A stretch of DNA of 64,000 nt, from contig JBBRLQ010000016.1 of assembly GCA_038231275.1 (NCBI GenBank), positions 128,001 to 192,000 on the forward strand, given 5' to 3'. Below, one piece after another: positions 28,879-38,755 of the stretch (within the stretch, counting starts at the first letter, position 1; every line of letters begins with the position of its first letter). The DNA is from Polyangiales bacterium. GTDB lineage: Bacteria > Myxococcota_A > Polyangia > Polyangiales > Polyangiaceae. The position numbers were made by a program, and so were the translations under genes. The notes beneath the pieces are model-generated. The model was given only the letters and a program-made list of their open reading frames with translations. It searched no databases and had not been told where the DNA came from.

Positions 28879-29922
28879 ATGGCTCGTCTTCGCATTGGAA
28901 TTCTCGGCGCCACTGGCCTCGTCGGGCGCGAGACGATCGACCTCTGCCTCCGCGCGTGGCCCGACGCGGAGCTGCTTCTCTACGCCAGCCGAGACCAATC
29001 GACGAAGGTCGCCGGCAAGGAGCACCCCGTCCACGCCGCCACGCGCCTCGAGGCAGAGGACGCTCCGCGAGGCGATCTCGCCTTCGTCGCGCTCGACGAC
29101 GACCACAGCAAACGCTACGTCCCGCGCCTCCTCACGCTCGGCTACCGCGTCGTCGACAAGAGCAACACGTACCGCGCGGATCCGAACGTGCCGCTCGTCG
29201 CCGCCGGCGTGAACGACGATCTCGTCGACGACAAGGTCCACCTCGTCGCGAATCCCAACTGCACGACCATCCCGCTGGCGCTCGCGACCGCGCCGCTCCA
29301 ACGCCGCTTCGGCCTCACCGCCGCGACCGTGAGCACCTACCAAGCCGTCAGCGGCGCCGGCGTCGCCACGCTCGATCAGTTCCTCGCCGAATCGCAGAAA
29401 GGGTACGCCGAGCCCGATCGGCTCGGCCTCCGCTTCGATCCTGCGCGCTACGCTGGCAACACGGTCCCCCACAACGGCGGCACCGACGACAGCGGATTCT
29501 CGTCGGAGGAGCGCAAGCTCGTCTTCGAGAGCCGCAAGATCTTGCGCCTCCCCGAGCTCGCGATCTCGGCGCAGTGCTGCCGCGTGCCGGTGGCCGTCGG
29601 GCACTACGAGAACGTGTGGCTCACGCTCGGGGAGAAGGCCCCGCTCGAAGAGATCGCGCGCACGCTCGCCGACGCGCGCGAGGCCCCGTTCGTGAAGCTC
29701 CTCGGCGGCGCCGCGGGCGAAGGACTCAGCTCCGTCGCCTGCGTGCACGATCGCGATCGCACGCTCGTCGGTCGCGTGCGCCTCGACCCGCGCGACGTGT
29801 CGGGCAAGAGCCTGTGCCTCACGGTCGTCGCGGACAACCTCCGCCTCGGGGCGGCCACCAACGCCGTTCGCATCGCGAGTCGTTGGCACAGGGCGGCCGA
29901 CGCGGACCTGCGCCGAGGCTGA
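28879..29922 (+). CDS. asd: Aspartate-semialdehyde dehydrogenase
   Basis: GATGLVG, VVDKSNTYR, ANPNCTT catalytic Cys, TYQAVSGAG, RVPVAVGH, DNLRLGAATN. Confidence 0.92.
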   Translation: MARLRIGILGATGLVGRETIDLCLRAWPDAELLLYASRDQSTKVAGKEHPVHAATRLEAEDAPRGDLAFVALDDDHSKRYVPRLLTLGYRVVDKSNTYRADPNVPLVAAGVNDDLVDDKVHLVANPNCTTIPLALATAPLQRRFGLTAATVSTYQAVSGAGVATLDQFLAESQKGYAEPDRLGLRFDPARYAGNTVPHNGGTDDSGFSSEERKLVFESRKILRLPELAISAQCCRVPVAVGHYENVWLTLGEKAPLEEIARTLADAREAPFVKLLGGAAGEGLSSVACVHDRDRTLVGRVRLDPRDVSGKSLCLTVVADNLRLGAATNAVRIASRWHRAADADLRRG

Positions 29923-30081
29923 GTCCGCGCGGATCCATAGGCGACGGCGCCGCGACTCGGGTCGCGAAGGGCTGCGATCTCGCGAGAGGCCGGCGCGGCG
30001 AAAAGAGGGCCACCTCGCGAATCCCCGCGAATTCCGCGGTGGCACGCGCTGGTGCGGTGCTTGCTCTAGGAGGGCTCCGGC

Positions 30082-31089
30082 ATGAATGGAAGCCTCTCGA
30101 TCCTGGTCATCCGGGCGTTGCATACCGCGCTGTCGCGCGACGGTGAGAGCGGCGACGAGCTCTTGCGTGCGCTCGACATCCCGCGCGAGCTGCTCGAACG
30201 AGGAGACGCGCGCCTCCCCGCCGCGGTCGTCTTCCGCGCCATCGAGCGTGCCGGCGCGCTGAGCGGCGATCCGTGCTTCTCGCTCCGCGCGGCCAGTGCG
30301 ATCCCTCTCGGGACCATCGACGTCCTCGACTTCGCGATGCGCAGCTCCGCCACGATGCGTGAAGCGCTAGAGCGCGCGGTCCGCTACTTCGCGCTGATCG
30401 ACGATTGCAGCGAGCTGCGCCTCGACGAGTCGGACGGCGTCGCGCGCCTCTCCGTCTCGCGGCGCATCACGACGTCGCCGCGCGTCGCCACCGAGCTCCT
30501 CTTCGCGGTCCTCCTCTCGCGCGGCCGCCTCCTCACCGGCGCGCCGTGGCCGCTCCGCGAAGTGCATTTCCTCGCCGGCCCTCCCGACGACGCCGCGCCC
30601 CACCGCCGGTTCTTCGACGCGCCGGTCGTCTTCGCCAGCGTGCGCAACGAGCTCGTCTTCGACGCGGCTTGGCTCGACACGCGCTGCGCCGAGGTCGACG
30701 CCGAGCTCTCCGCGTTCTTCGAGCGCCACGCCGAGGCGCTCCTCGCGCAGGTACACCAGCGCACCGAGCTCTTGGATCGCGTGCGCGCCGCCATCGCGGA
30801 ACCCGCCGCCGGCGCGGATCCGTCGCTGGAGATCACCGCGCGGCGCATCTCGCTGAGCCCGCGCACCTTGCAGCGCCGCCTCGAAGCGGGCGGCACGTCG
30901 TACAAAGCGCTCGTCGAAGAAGTCCGCCGCGCCCGCGCCTTGGCGCTCCTCGCCGACCCGCGCGTCGGGATCGCGGAGATCGGCGCGACCGTCGGCTACG
31001 GCGACGCGCGCGCGTTCTACCGCGCGTTCCGGCGGTGGACCGGCTCGACGCCCGCGAAGGTGCGATGCGAGATGGTCCAGCGCGCCTGA
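30082..31089 (+). CDS. AraC-family transcriptional regulator
   Basis: N-terminal arabinose-binding-like domain; C-terminal SPRTLQRRL...GYGDARAFYRAFRRWTGSTP. Confidence 0.95.
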   Translation: MNGSLSILVIRALHTALSRDGESGDELLRALDIPRELLERGDARLPAAVVFRAIERAGALSGDPCFSLRAASAIPLGTIDVLDFAMRSSATMREALERAVRYFALIDDCSELRLDESDGVARLSVSRRITTSPRVATELLFAVLLSRGRLLTGAPWPLREVHFLAGPPDDAAPHRRFFDAPVVFASVRNELVFDAAWLDTRCAEVDAELSAFFERHAEALLAQVHQRTELLDRVRAAIAEPAAGADPSLEITARRISLSPRTLQRRLEAGGTSYKALVEEVRRARALALLADPRVGIAEIGATVGYGDARAFYRAFRRWTGSTPAKVRCEMVQRA

Positions 31090-31117
31090 ACGCCCCGGCT
31101 GAGGGACGACGGGCCGA

Positions 31118-32581
31118 TTACTGACAGACGATCGTGGTTCCCGGGCCGTTCGGACCGACGCATTTCTTCGGCGCGACGCAGTACTGGCCGCTCGCGATGC
31201 TGCCATTTTTGCACTCGAACGCGCCGGGGTTGATGGGGCTGCAGTAAAGCCCGTCCGCTTTGCCGACGCACGTGTCGCTGCCCGTCGGCGCAGAGGCAAC
31301 GGTCCCCTTCTTGATCGCCGCGGCGGCGACCCATCCGAAGCGTCCGGCCATCTCGCCGTACACGAAATACATCTTGCCGACGACCTTCGTACCGGCGTGC
31401 GTCGCGTCCTTCGTTTCGTAGAGCGCGATGCGGAGGATCGTGCGGTGGCTCGCGCTGGTGGACTTGAGCCGCTTGAACGCGAGGGCGCCGGCCGAGACGA
31501 CGAACGTGTCGGTGGCGGCGCCGCCGACGAGCGGAGTCTGGTACGCGAGGTTCAGGACGTTGCCGTCGCGGAGCATGTAGTCGCGCGCCTTCTCGCTGAC
31601 GTCGGGTCCGCTCTTGGGGCGAATCTTGAGCTGCGCCCACGCGGGCAGGCAGGTGGTCGACACGTAGGACGCAGGCGCGCAGCCGTAGTCTTCGGCGGAC
31701 TTGACGACGTACGACGTGGCCGCGAAGGACGAGCCCGCGCGCGGGGGAAGATCGTAGCGCTTGAACGCCGGGTCGGTGATGCCGGCCGCGGCGACCCACC
31801 CGCTCGCCGAGTGTCCGCCCGCGTCGACCGAGAACGCGTACACGTACTGCTTCTCGGTGGCGCTCCCCGCGACGGTCATCTTCTTCAGCTGCCCGAAGTT
31901 GATCTTCACGCACGGGTGTCCGAGGTTCGTCGGCGCCATCGCATCGGAGTAGCAGCCTCCCTCCACCACCCCGCGCGCGGTGCCGGAGCCGTCGTAGAGC
32001 TGCTCGCCGGCGGCGAGATCCCAGCGACCGAGCTTCTCGATGATGGCGTTGCGCGCCGTCCCGTGCACGCCGCGCAGCGCACGAATGGCGCGGGGCGGGA
32101 GGTAGCGGTTGCGCCCCGGTTGGTTGTTCGCGAATTGGCAGTTGTAGGCGGAGCCGCGGCAGGTGCAGCTCGCGTTGAGCGGGTTCTTCGGGCACGAGAA
32201 CTGAGCGGACCACCACGTCGGGTCCGTGAGGATCCCGACCGACGACGACTCCGACGCGAGAAGACCGGTCATCGGCGGATCCGGCAGGATTTCCGGCAGA
32301 TCGTCGGGGGTCTCCGCGGTGTCGAGGAGATCGCCGTCGGGCGCGGCGTCGCTGGCCTGCGGCCAATCGGTGGCGAGGAGCTCCTCCTCACTCGCGGCCT
32401 CGTCGGCGACGAGCTCGTCATCGCCCACGTCGAGCGCGGCGAGATCGGCGTCGGCGCTCGACCCTCCACCGGAGCCGACCGGCACAGTGGGCGCGGTCTC
32501 CCCCGACGAACAGCCGGCGGCGAGGGCGATGAAGACGAGAGAGGGAACCGGGAGGCGGCGGATCGTGCGCGATGTGCTCAC
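31118..32581 (-). CDS. Hypothetical lipoprotein (acidic linker, two GWV motifs, Cys-rich C-terminus)
   Basis: Lipobox AAGC; long GC3-biased ORF. Confidence 0.75.
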   Translation of the reverse strand: MSTSRTIRRLPVPSLVFIALAAGCSSGETAPTVPVGSGGGSSADADLAALDVGDDELVADEAASEEELLATDWPQASDAAPDGDLLDTAETPDDLPEILPDPPMTGLLASESSSVGILTDPTWWSAQFSCPKNPLNASCTCRGSAYNCQFANNQPGRNRYLPPRAIRALRGVHGTARNAIIEKLGRWDLAAGEQLYDGSGTARGVVEGGCYSDAMAPTNLGHPCVKINFGQLKKMTVAGSATEKQYVYAFSVDAGGHSASGWVAAAGITDPAFKRYDLPPRAGSSFAATSYVVKSAEDYGCAPASYVSTTCLPAWAQLKIRPKSGPDVSEKARDYMLRDGNVLNLAYQTPLVGGAATDTFVVSAGALAFKRLKSTSASHRTILRIALYETKDATHAGTKVVGKMYFVYGEMAGRFGWVAAAAIKKGTVASAPTGSDTCVGKADGLYCSPINPGAFECKNGSIASGQYCVAPKKCVGPNGPGTTIVCQ

Positions 32582-32694
32582 TTCATGAGCATAGCGGGCC
32601 ACCAAGCGTCAGCCATGGGCCAGTGGCGCCGATCTCATGGCGCCCGAAGCCGCACGGTCTTCAGGATCCGCGCGAAGCTCCGCGCCGAGGCTCG

Positions 32695-33285
32695 TCAGAG
32701 CGGGCACTCCGCGCGGAGCTCCCCGCCAAGGAGCACGAAGAGATGCTCGCCGGCCACGAAGAGCGGCTCCTTGGAGCGGAGCACGCGCGACAAGAGGAGG
32801 CCTCCCTCGACGCTCGCGAGGACCAGCGTAGCAAGCTCCCCGGCGCGCTTTCGCTTCACGCCGTTCGCCACGAACTGGTCGCGCAGGAGGCCGCACCACC
32901 GCTCGAACGCCTTGCGGCTCGCCGCGGTGATGGCCGCCGACTCCGGCGTCGACTCGAGCGCGACCGTCGCGACGGGACATCCCTCGATGTAGTCGCTCTC
33001 GGCCAGACGCTCCGCGCTCGTGCGGCACCACGCGCGCACCGCCCCCGGCAGGCTGCGCGTCTCGACGAGCAGCTCGCGCATCTGCGCGACGACGACGTCG
33101 GAGCCGAGATCGATCGCGGCGACCCCGAGCTGCTCCTTTCCACCAGGAAAGTGGTGGTACGCAGAGCCCCACGGCGTGCCCGCCGCCTCCACGAGCGTGC
33201 GCCACGACGTCGCGTGGTATCCCTGCCGGCGGAAGAGGTGCACCGCCGTCTCGATCATGCGCTGGCGCGTCGACGCTTCGGGCAT
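32695..33285 (-). CDS. TetR-family regulator (LmrA/YxaF-like)
   Basis: TRQRMIETAVHLFRRQGYHATS...GSAYHHFPGGKEQL HTH; GCPVATVALE. Confidence 0.92.
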   Translation of the reverse strand: MPEASTRQRMIETAVHLFRRQGYHATSWRTLVEAAGTPWGSAYHHFPGGKEQLGVAAIDLGSDVVVAQMRELLVETRSLPGAVRAWCRTSAERLAESDYIEGCPVATVALESTPESAAITAASRKAFERWCGLLRDQFVANGVKRKRAGELATLVLASVEGGLLLSRVLRSKEPLFVAGEHLFVLLGGELRAECPL

Positions 33286-33353
33286 GCCGCTCAGCGTAGC
33301 ATCGGGCGCGCGGGCTTCGCCGGTCGGCGGGATGTCTTGGCCTTCGCGGCTGC

Positions 33354-33935
33354 TCATGGAGCCGGCGTGAAGACGAAGTCGCGCCCCCCGGTCGACGGCG
33401 TGTGGTCGGCGTCCGCGCCCGCCGTACCGTGACAGGCGACGCACACCGTGCGCGCGAGACCGCCGGCGCCGAGCCCGTCGGCGACCACACCGGCGCCGTC
33501 GTGCGGGAGCTTCGTCTGTCCGCCGACGCGCGCGTACCAGTACCAGCCGTCCCCGCCGGCGCGATCGGCGTCGCTCTTGACGGTGACCGCGTAGCCAGCG
33601 GGCTCACGGTCCGTCGCGCGGAGGTAAAGCTCCTCTACCGCCGCCGCGCCCACGGGCCACGGCGCCTCGCTGCCCGCCGCAGCCGACAACACGTCATTCG
33701 CGCAGACGCGACCGAGGCCATGCGGCGACGGCGATCGCGCGCCGTGAATCGCGGCCTCGCAGCGCCAGGTCTTGTACGCGCCGTCCGCGAGCCACGCTTC
33801 GATCGCCGCTCCGCCCGGTGGCGGGGTCTGCGCTGTGCCAGTCGCGGGCGCAGGTCCAGCCGCCGGATCGGCGGCGCTGCACGCTGCAACGAAAAAAAGC
33901 GCGCCGAAAGACGCGAGGGTGCGGGGGGAGATCAT
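33354..33935 (-). CDS. c-type cytochrome lipoprotein, cytochrome P460/c'-beta fold
   Basis: Lipobox VAAC; WPVGAAAVEEL, AVTVK..GDGWYWY, C-terminal CVACH, RDFVF. Confidence 0.75.
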   Translation of the reverse strand: MISPRTLASFGALFFVAACSAADPAAGPAPATGTAQTPPPGGAAIEAWLADGAYKTWRCEAAIHGARSPSPHGLGRVCANDVLSAAAGSEAPWPVGAAAVEELYLRATDREPAGYAVTVKSDADRAGGDGWYWYARVGGQTKLPHDGAGVVADGLGAGGLARTVCVACHGTAGADADHTPSTGGRDFVFTPAP

Positions 33936-33950
33936 GGGTCCAGCCTCCTT

Positions 33951-34040
33951 GGTAAGACGATCGTCCTACCCCCACTACGTAATAGGACGATCGTCCTCGT
34001 CAAGCCCTCGCGGGCCATCGAAAGTAGGACAAGCGTCTTA
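33951..34040. promoter_or_regulatory. Three palindromic operator sites (TARGACGATCGTCYTA-like)
   Basis: GGTAAGACGATCGTCCTACC (33951), TAGGACGATCGTCCTC (33983), TAGGACAAGCGTCTTA (34025). Confidence 0.8.
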
Positions 34041-34079
34041 ACGCGGGGTTGCGAGGCGAGAAGAGGCGCGCGAAGGCTT

Positions 34080-34523
34080 CTAGACGACCGGAGGCGGGCT
34101 CTCGGAGCGCCGAAGCCAGCGCATGCTGGGGCGCGGGGGCCGGTGAGGATCGAGGAGCGCCGTCGCGTACTTCTGGAGCTGCTGTCGCGTGAACGGCTTG
34201 CGCAGGAAGGCGTTGGCGCCGGCGTCCTCGGCGTAGGCGATCGCCGCGGGCGACGCTTGATCGCTCATGATGAGGATCTGCACGGAGAGCAGGGAGTCGT
34301 CCCCGCGAATCAGCTCGCAGATGTCGTAGCCGGAGTTGCGGGGCAGGTTGAGGCTGACGATGGCGAGGTGCGGCGGCCGCTCAACGACGCTCTCGAGCAC
34401 GTCCTCGAAGCGGACGACGACCGAGACGTCGCAGTCGATCTGACGGAGGGCCTCGACGAGGGAATCGACGATGCGCGGATCGTCCTCGACGAGGAGCACG
34501 CGCTTCTTGGTGTGGGTCGACAT
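34080..34523 (-). CDS. Stand-alone receiver domain protein (atypical)
   Basis: RVLLVEDD, LPRNSGYDICE, GANAFLRKPF; Ser at phosphoacceptor position. Confidence 0.85.
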   Translation of the reverse strand: MSTHTKKRVLLVEDDPRIVDSLVEALRQIDCDVSVVVRFEDVLESVVERPPHLAIVSLNLPRNSGYDICELIRGDDSLLSVQILIMSDQASPAAIAYAEDAGANAFLRKPFTRQQLQKYATALLDPHRPPRPSMRWLRRSESPPPVV

Positions 34524-34529
34524 GCCCTC

Positions 34530-35888
34530 TCAGCTCGCCCCGCGCCCTGTCAGGACGACGGGCACGGTCTTCAGGATCAGCTTGAAGTCTTCCTTGAGGC
34601 TCCAGTGATCGATGTACTGCATGTCGAGGTACATCCAGCGCTCGAAGGAGATCTCGCTGCGGCCACTCACCTGCCACACGCACGTGAGGCCGGGGCGGAC
34701 CGAGAGCCTCCGTCGCTGCCACGCCTCGTAGCGCGCCACTTCGGTAGGGACCGGCGGCCGGGGGCCGACGACGGACATCTCGCCGCGGAGCACGTTGACG
34801 AGCTGCGGGAGCTCGTCGATCGAAAATTTGCGGATGAAGCGGCCGATGCGCGTGACGCGCGGATCGCGCTTCATCTTGAAGACCGGGCCGCTCTGCTCGT
34901 TCGACGCCGCGAGCTTCGCCTTGAGCGCCTCGGCGTTCACGACCATCGATCGGAACTTGAGCATGAAGAACGGCCGTCCGTGCTGGCCGACGCGCTCTTG
35001 CTTGAAGAGAACGGGGCCCTTCGACGTGATCTTGATGAGCGCTGCGACAGCGAGGAGCAGCGGCGCGAGGGCGGCGAGCGCGAAGCCCGATGCGACGATG
35101 TCGAAGAGACGCTTCACGCGCATCTGCATCGGGTGCCGCTCGTAGCTCAAGAAATGGATGTACCCGTCGGCGAGGGCGCTCTTGTCCGCGGGGCGCGCGC
35201 GGTCGAGGCGATACGGGGTCGCCGGCAACGCGAACGGGACGCCGAAACGCTCGCAGACGCGGATCGCCGATTGCATCGCCTCGCCATCTGCGTTCGACGT
35301 TCCCGCGAGGTAAACCTCGCTGACGTGGCGCTCGCAGAGGACACGCTCGAGGTCGGCGCTCTGGCCAAGGAGCGACGCCGGCAAGCGATCGCACGGGGCG
35401 TCGGCCGGTAGCGACAGGTAGCCGGCCAGGGTGCGCGCGCTCTCGGCAATGGATATGCCGGTGTGGCGGCCCAGGGTGCCGCTCCCAACCACGAGGACGT
35501 CATCGTGCTCCGCCTCGGCGACGGCGCGCGCGCCGGGGAGCATGAACCGAATCCAGAGCGTGGCCGGCCAGACCACGAGGACGTAACGGAGGACGTTCGG
35601 CGAAGGCGCGACGAATGCGACCGCGCCAACAGCGACGGCGCTGGCGATCACGAGCAGCGTGGTCAAGGCGAGGTCTCCCGCGAGCCCTTGCTGGGCGCGG
35701 CGCGCGTCGTAGTGACGAAGGACGCGGCTTCCAAACAGCCAAATCAAGAGGGCGAGCCCGGTGGTAAGTGCGGTTGCCGCCCACGGACGCCCGATCGTGG
35801 CGACGAGCACGCCGGCAGAGACCGTGAACCCGTCCGCGCCCAGGTTGATGCGCGACGTCCGGGTGTTGGCAGCGAGGCGTGAGAGCAT
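34530..35888 (-). CDS. Polyprenyl-phosphate hexose-1-phosphate transferase (WcaJ/EpsZ-like)
   Basis: KRLFDI, GPVLFKQERVG, KFRSM, DPRVTRIGRFIRKFSIDELPQLVNVLRGEMSVVGPRP, RPGLT..WQVSGR. Confidence 0.95.
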   Translation of the reverse strand: MLSRLAANTRTSRINLGADGFTVSAGVLVATIGRPWAATALTTGLALLIWLFGSRVLRHYDARRAQQGLAGDLALTTLLVIASAVAVGAVAFVAPSPNVLRYVLVVWPATLWIRFMLPGARAVAEAEHDDVLVVGSGTLGRHTGISIAESARTLAGYLSLPADAPCDRLPASLLGQSADLERVLCERHVSEVYLAGTSNADGEAMQSAIRVCERFGVPFALPATPYRLDRARPADKSALADGYIHFLSYERHPMQMRVKRLFDIVASGFALAALAPLLLAVAALIKITSKGPVLFKQERVGQHGRPFFMLKFRSMVVNAEALKAKLAASNEQSGPVFKMKRDPRVTRIGRFIRKFSIDELPQLVNVLRGEMSVVGPRPPVPTEVARYEAWQRRRLSVRPGLTCVWQVSGRSEISFERWMYLDMQYIDHWSLKEDFKLILKTVPVVLTGRGAS

Positions 35889-35900
35889 GCTGCACCAAGT

Positions 35901-35917
35901 AGCAAAAACACCGCCAG
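35901..35917 (-). promoter_or_regulatory. Probable sigma54 promoter for the sugar transferase
   Basis: Minus strand CTGGCGGTGTTTTTGCT, GG-N10-GC with TTGCT at -12. Confidence 0.55.
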
Positions 35918-36079
35918 CTCCGCGATGTGCAACTCCCCGCGCAATCCGGCCTCATTCCGTGGTGCGGCGTGCAGAAGTGCACTCCATGTGCGACCGATGC
36001 GCAGCCTGCGCATCGCGCCCGTCCACATTCTGTGGATGCAGGCACCACATGCACGCCGCGGCGCGGGATTCGCCCAGCG

Positions 36080-38497
36080 TTACTCTGCCGCGCGGTCCGA
36101 GTTCGCCGCGAGGACCTCCGCGACGATCGCCTGGAGGGCCTCGGGACGGAACGGTTTGTCCAGGACCGGATTTTTCACGACGCGGACGAACTCGCGCGCC
36201 TCCGCCGTGACCGCACCGCCCGAGACGAAGACCATCTTTTTCGCCTCCTCGGGCGACGTCGCGGTCAGCTTGGCGTGGATTTCCATTCCGGAGAGGCCTG
36301 GCATTTGGAGATCGCACAGAATGACGTCGAACGCAGGTCCACGCGCTATCCAGTCGAGCGCCTCGGCGCCGTCGGCGGTCACCTCGACCTCGTGCTCGGG
36401 TTCGAGCAGCCAGCGCACGCTGCGCGCGAAGCGGATCTCGTCGTCGACCACGAGCACGCGACCGCGCTGTGTCGGCACCGCCGGACCGAACGATGCAGGC
36501 ACCGGCGACGGTGTCGTGACCACCTCGCCCGTCGCCGCCGGCAAGAGGACGCGCACCGTGGTGCCCTTCCCTTCCGTGCTGTCGACCATGATTTCCCCCC
36601 CGCTGGCGCTGACGATCTGATGGCAGATGGATAGACCGAGACCCGTCCCGCCTCCGGGCCCCTTCGTCGTGAAGAAAGGCTCGAAGATGCGCGGGAGGAC
36701 CGCCGAGGGAATTCCGCCGCCGGTGTCCTCCACCTCGACGAGGGCGCGTCCGTCCGGCGCGGTGCCGGTGCGCACGCGGAGGACGTTCTCGCCCGGCGCC
36801 GCCGACATCGACTGCATCGCGTTGACGACGAGGTTCAAGAGGACCTGTCCCATTCGTCCTTCGCTCGCGTAGACGGGCGGCGACGCCCCGAGGTCGGTGA
36901 CCAGCTTGGCACGCCGCCCGATGTCCCCCGACGCCATGTTGAGCGCGACGGTCATCACCTTTGCGAGGTCCACGAGCGAGCGCTCGCCGTCTCCATCACG
37001 AGAGAGCGTCTTCAGATCGCGCACGATCGTCCGAATCCGCGCGGCCCCCTCCAGCGAGTCGCGCACCGACTGCTGGAGCGCGTCGAGGTCCGCCGTGCCT
37101 TCAGGGAGGACCAGGGCTGCCAACCTGCGCGAGAGCCCCTCGAGGTTGGCGATGATGAAGGCCAGCGGCGTGTTGATCTCGTGTCCTACGCCGGCGGCGA
37201 GCGTCCCTACCGTCGCCATGCGCTCGGCGAGGGCAAGCTTGGTCCGGATCCGATTGCGCTCGGTGACGTCGCGGCACGTCACGACCATGTGCTCGGGCGC
37301 GTCGCCGTCTTCCTGCACGGGCGAGACGTGGACGTCGATCTCCACCTCGGCGCCGTCCCGACGGAGAATGACCATCTCGCCCTGGAACGGCTGGGCGGCG
37401 ACGAGCGCCTCCTCGATCCGTGGCCACTCGTGCGTGGCCGATGGTCCTCGACCGAGGAGCAGCGCCGGCGTCTTGTCGAGCATCTCTGCCTCGTCGTATC
37501 CCGTGAGGCGCGAGACCGCGTCGTTGGTGAAGAGAATGCGTGGACCCGCGGGCGGCCGCTCGAGATCGGTGATGAGCACCGCCTCGCCGGAGGCGCGAAC
37601 CGCGGCGGCGAGCAGCGCGACCTGCCCCGTCGCTTCCGCGCGCTCGGCCGTCGCCGCCGCGAGGAGCAGCACGGTCAAGTAGACGGTGCTCATGAAGAGC
37701 TGCAAGAGGAGCACGTCGTCCACGCGCTTCCCGAGCGCGAAGGGGCCGTAGCCAAGCGACGTCGTGACGATCGCCACCACCGACGTGGCCGCGGCGGCGA
37801 TCGCTGCGCCGCGAGGCCCGAAGCGGAGCGCCGCCCACATCGCGCACGGAAAGACGAGGAACGCGGGCGAATGCGTCGCCGAGCCCAGCGCGGGACGACC
37901 GCTGAAGACGATCGCACACGTCAGCGCGAAGAGCACCGCGACCGCGACGGCCTCGAGGTGCGGACGCTGGAGCGCGCGCGGCGAGCGTGCCCTCAACGTG
38001 AAGACCACCGGCGCAATCATCATCATCCCCATGGCGTCGCCGACGCACCACACCGCGGCGGAGCCAGGCGCGGCAGCCCAGCGCAAACGCCCCCAGGCCG
38101 CGAGGAGCCCGACGCCCATCATCGCCCCGAGCGCCGACGTGACGACCGCGCTGCCGACGAACGCGAGCACGTCACGCACGCGCGCGAGGCGGCGGTCCAC
38201 GGCGAGGCGACGGAGAAGCCAGGCGCCGGTGAGCGCCTCGATCGTTCCGGCCGTCGCGAGAAGCGACGAGAGCGGCGTATGGAGGCCGCCGAGGCGCGCG
38301 GTCATGAAGCTCCCCAGCCAGACGCCCGGCGCGTAACGTGGACCGGCAAGCGTGAGCACCACCAACGTCAGGCCCGCGGGCGGCCACATCGGGCTGACCC
38401 GCGCGTTGCCCACCGGGACGAGCTGCCCAGCCTTCGCGGCCAGGACGAACGCCAGCGCGAGCGCGAGTAAACGCAAGATGTAGGCAGCGATCTTCAT
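36080..38497 (-). CDS. Hybrid sensor histidine kinase (MASE1-PAS-HisKA-HATPase-REC)
   Basis: WPPAG MASE1, [14 protein letters not shown]-box, [32 protein letters not shown]. Confidence 0.95.
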   Translation of the reverse strand: MKIAAYILRLLALALAFVLAAKAGQLVPVGNARVSPMWPPAGLTLVVLTLAGPRYAPGVWLGSFMTARLGGLHTPLSSLLATAGTIEALTGAWLLRRLAVDRRLARVRDVLAFVGSAVVTSALGAMMGVGLLAAWGRLRWAAAPGSAAVWCVGDAMGMMMIAPVVFTLRARSPRALQRPHLEAVAVAVLFALTCAIVFSGRPALGSATHSPAFLVFPCAMWAALRFGPRGAAIAAAATSVVAIVTTSLGYGPFALGKRVDDVLLLQLFMSTVYLTVLLLAAATAERAEATGQVALLAAAVRASGEAVLITDLERPPAGPRILFTNDAVSRLTGYDEAEMLDKTPALLLGRGPSATHEWPRIEEALVAAQPFQGEMVILRRDGAEVEIDVHVSPVQEDGDAPEHMVVTCRDVTERNRIRTKLALAERMATVGTLAAGVGHEINTPLAFIIANLEGLSRRLAALVLPEGTADLDALQQSVRDSLEGAARIRTIVRDLKTLSRDGDGERSLVDLAKVMTVALNMASGDIGRRAKLVTDLGASPPVYASEGRMGQVLLNLVVNAMQSMSAAPGENVLRVRTGTAPDGRALVEVEDTGGGIPSAVLPRIFEPFFTTKGPGGGTGLGLSICHQIVSASGGEIMVDSTEGKGTTVRVLLPAATGEVVTTPSPVPASFGPAVPTQRGRVLVVDDEIRFARSVRWLLEPEHEVEVTADGAEALDWIARGPAFDVILCDLQMPGLSGMEIHAKLTATSPEEAKKMVFVSGGAVTAEAREFVRVVKNPVLDKPFRPEALQAIVAEVLAANSDRAAE

Positions 38498-38696
38498 GCG
38501 ACAGGCAGGGCTTTGGCTTCGCGGACGGGCGTCTGCAGCGTCGTCTCATTCCCCCAAGAATCGTAGACGTTTCTAAGCCAGACGGCCGCCGCGCGCCACC
38601 CCCAAGCGGTTACCGCGACGTGACGATGGTCCCGTTCGGTAACGCGGAGACCCCGCGCGATTCAGCGACACGCCTTGTCCCGCCGACGTTCCGTCG

Positions 38697-38713
38697 CTGG
38701 CACCGGCCTTGCG
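38697..38713 (+). promoter_or_regulatory. Sigma54 promoter upstream of RND efflux operon
   Basis: CTGGCACCGGCCTTGCG, near-consensus TGGCAC-N5-TTGC. Confidence 0.75.
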
Positions 38714-38755
38714 ACAGAGCCCCGCGCTCTGACTGGTCGACGCTCCTCCTGCCCG

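Noticed and set aside
30039..30058. Sigma54 promoter before the AraC gene (TGGCACGCGCTGGTGC)
   Set aside because: GG-to-GC spacing is 11, not the required 10
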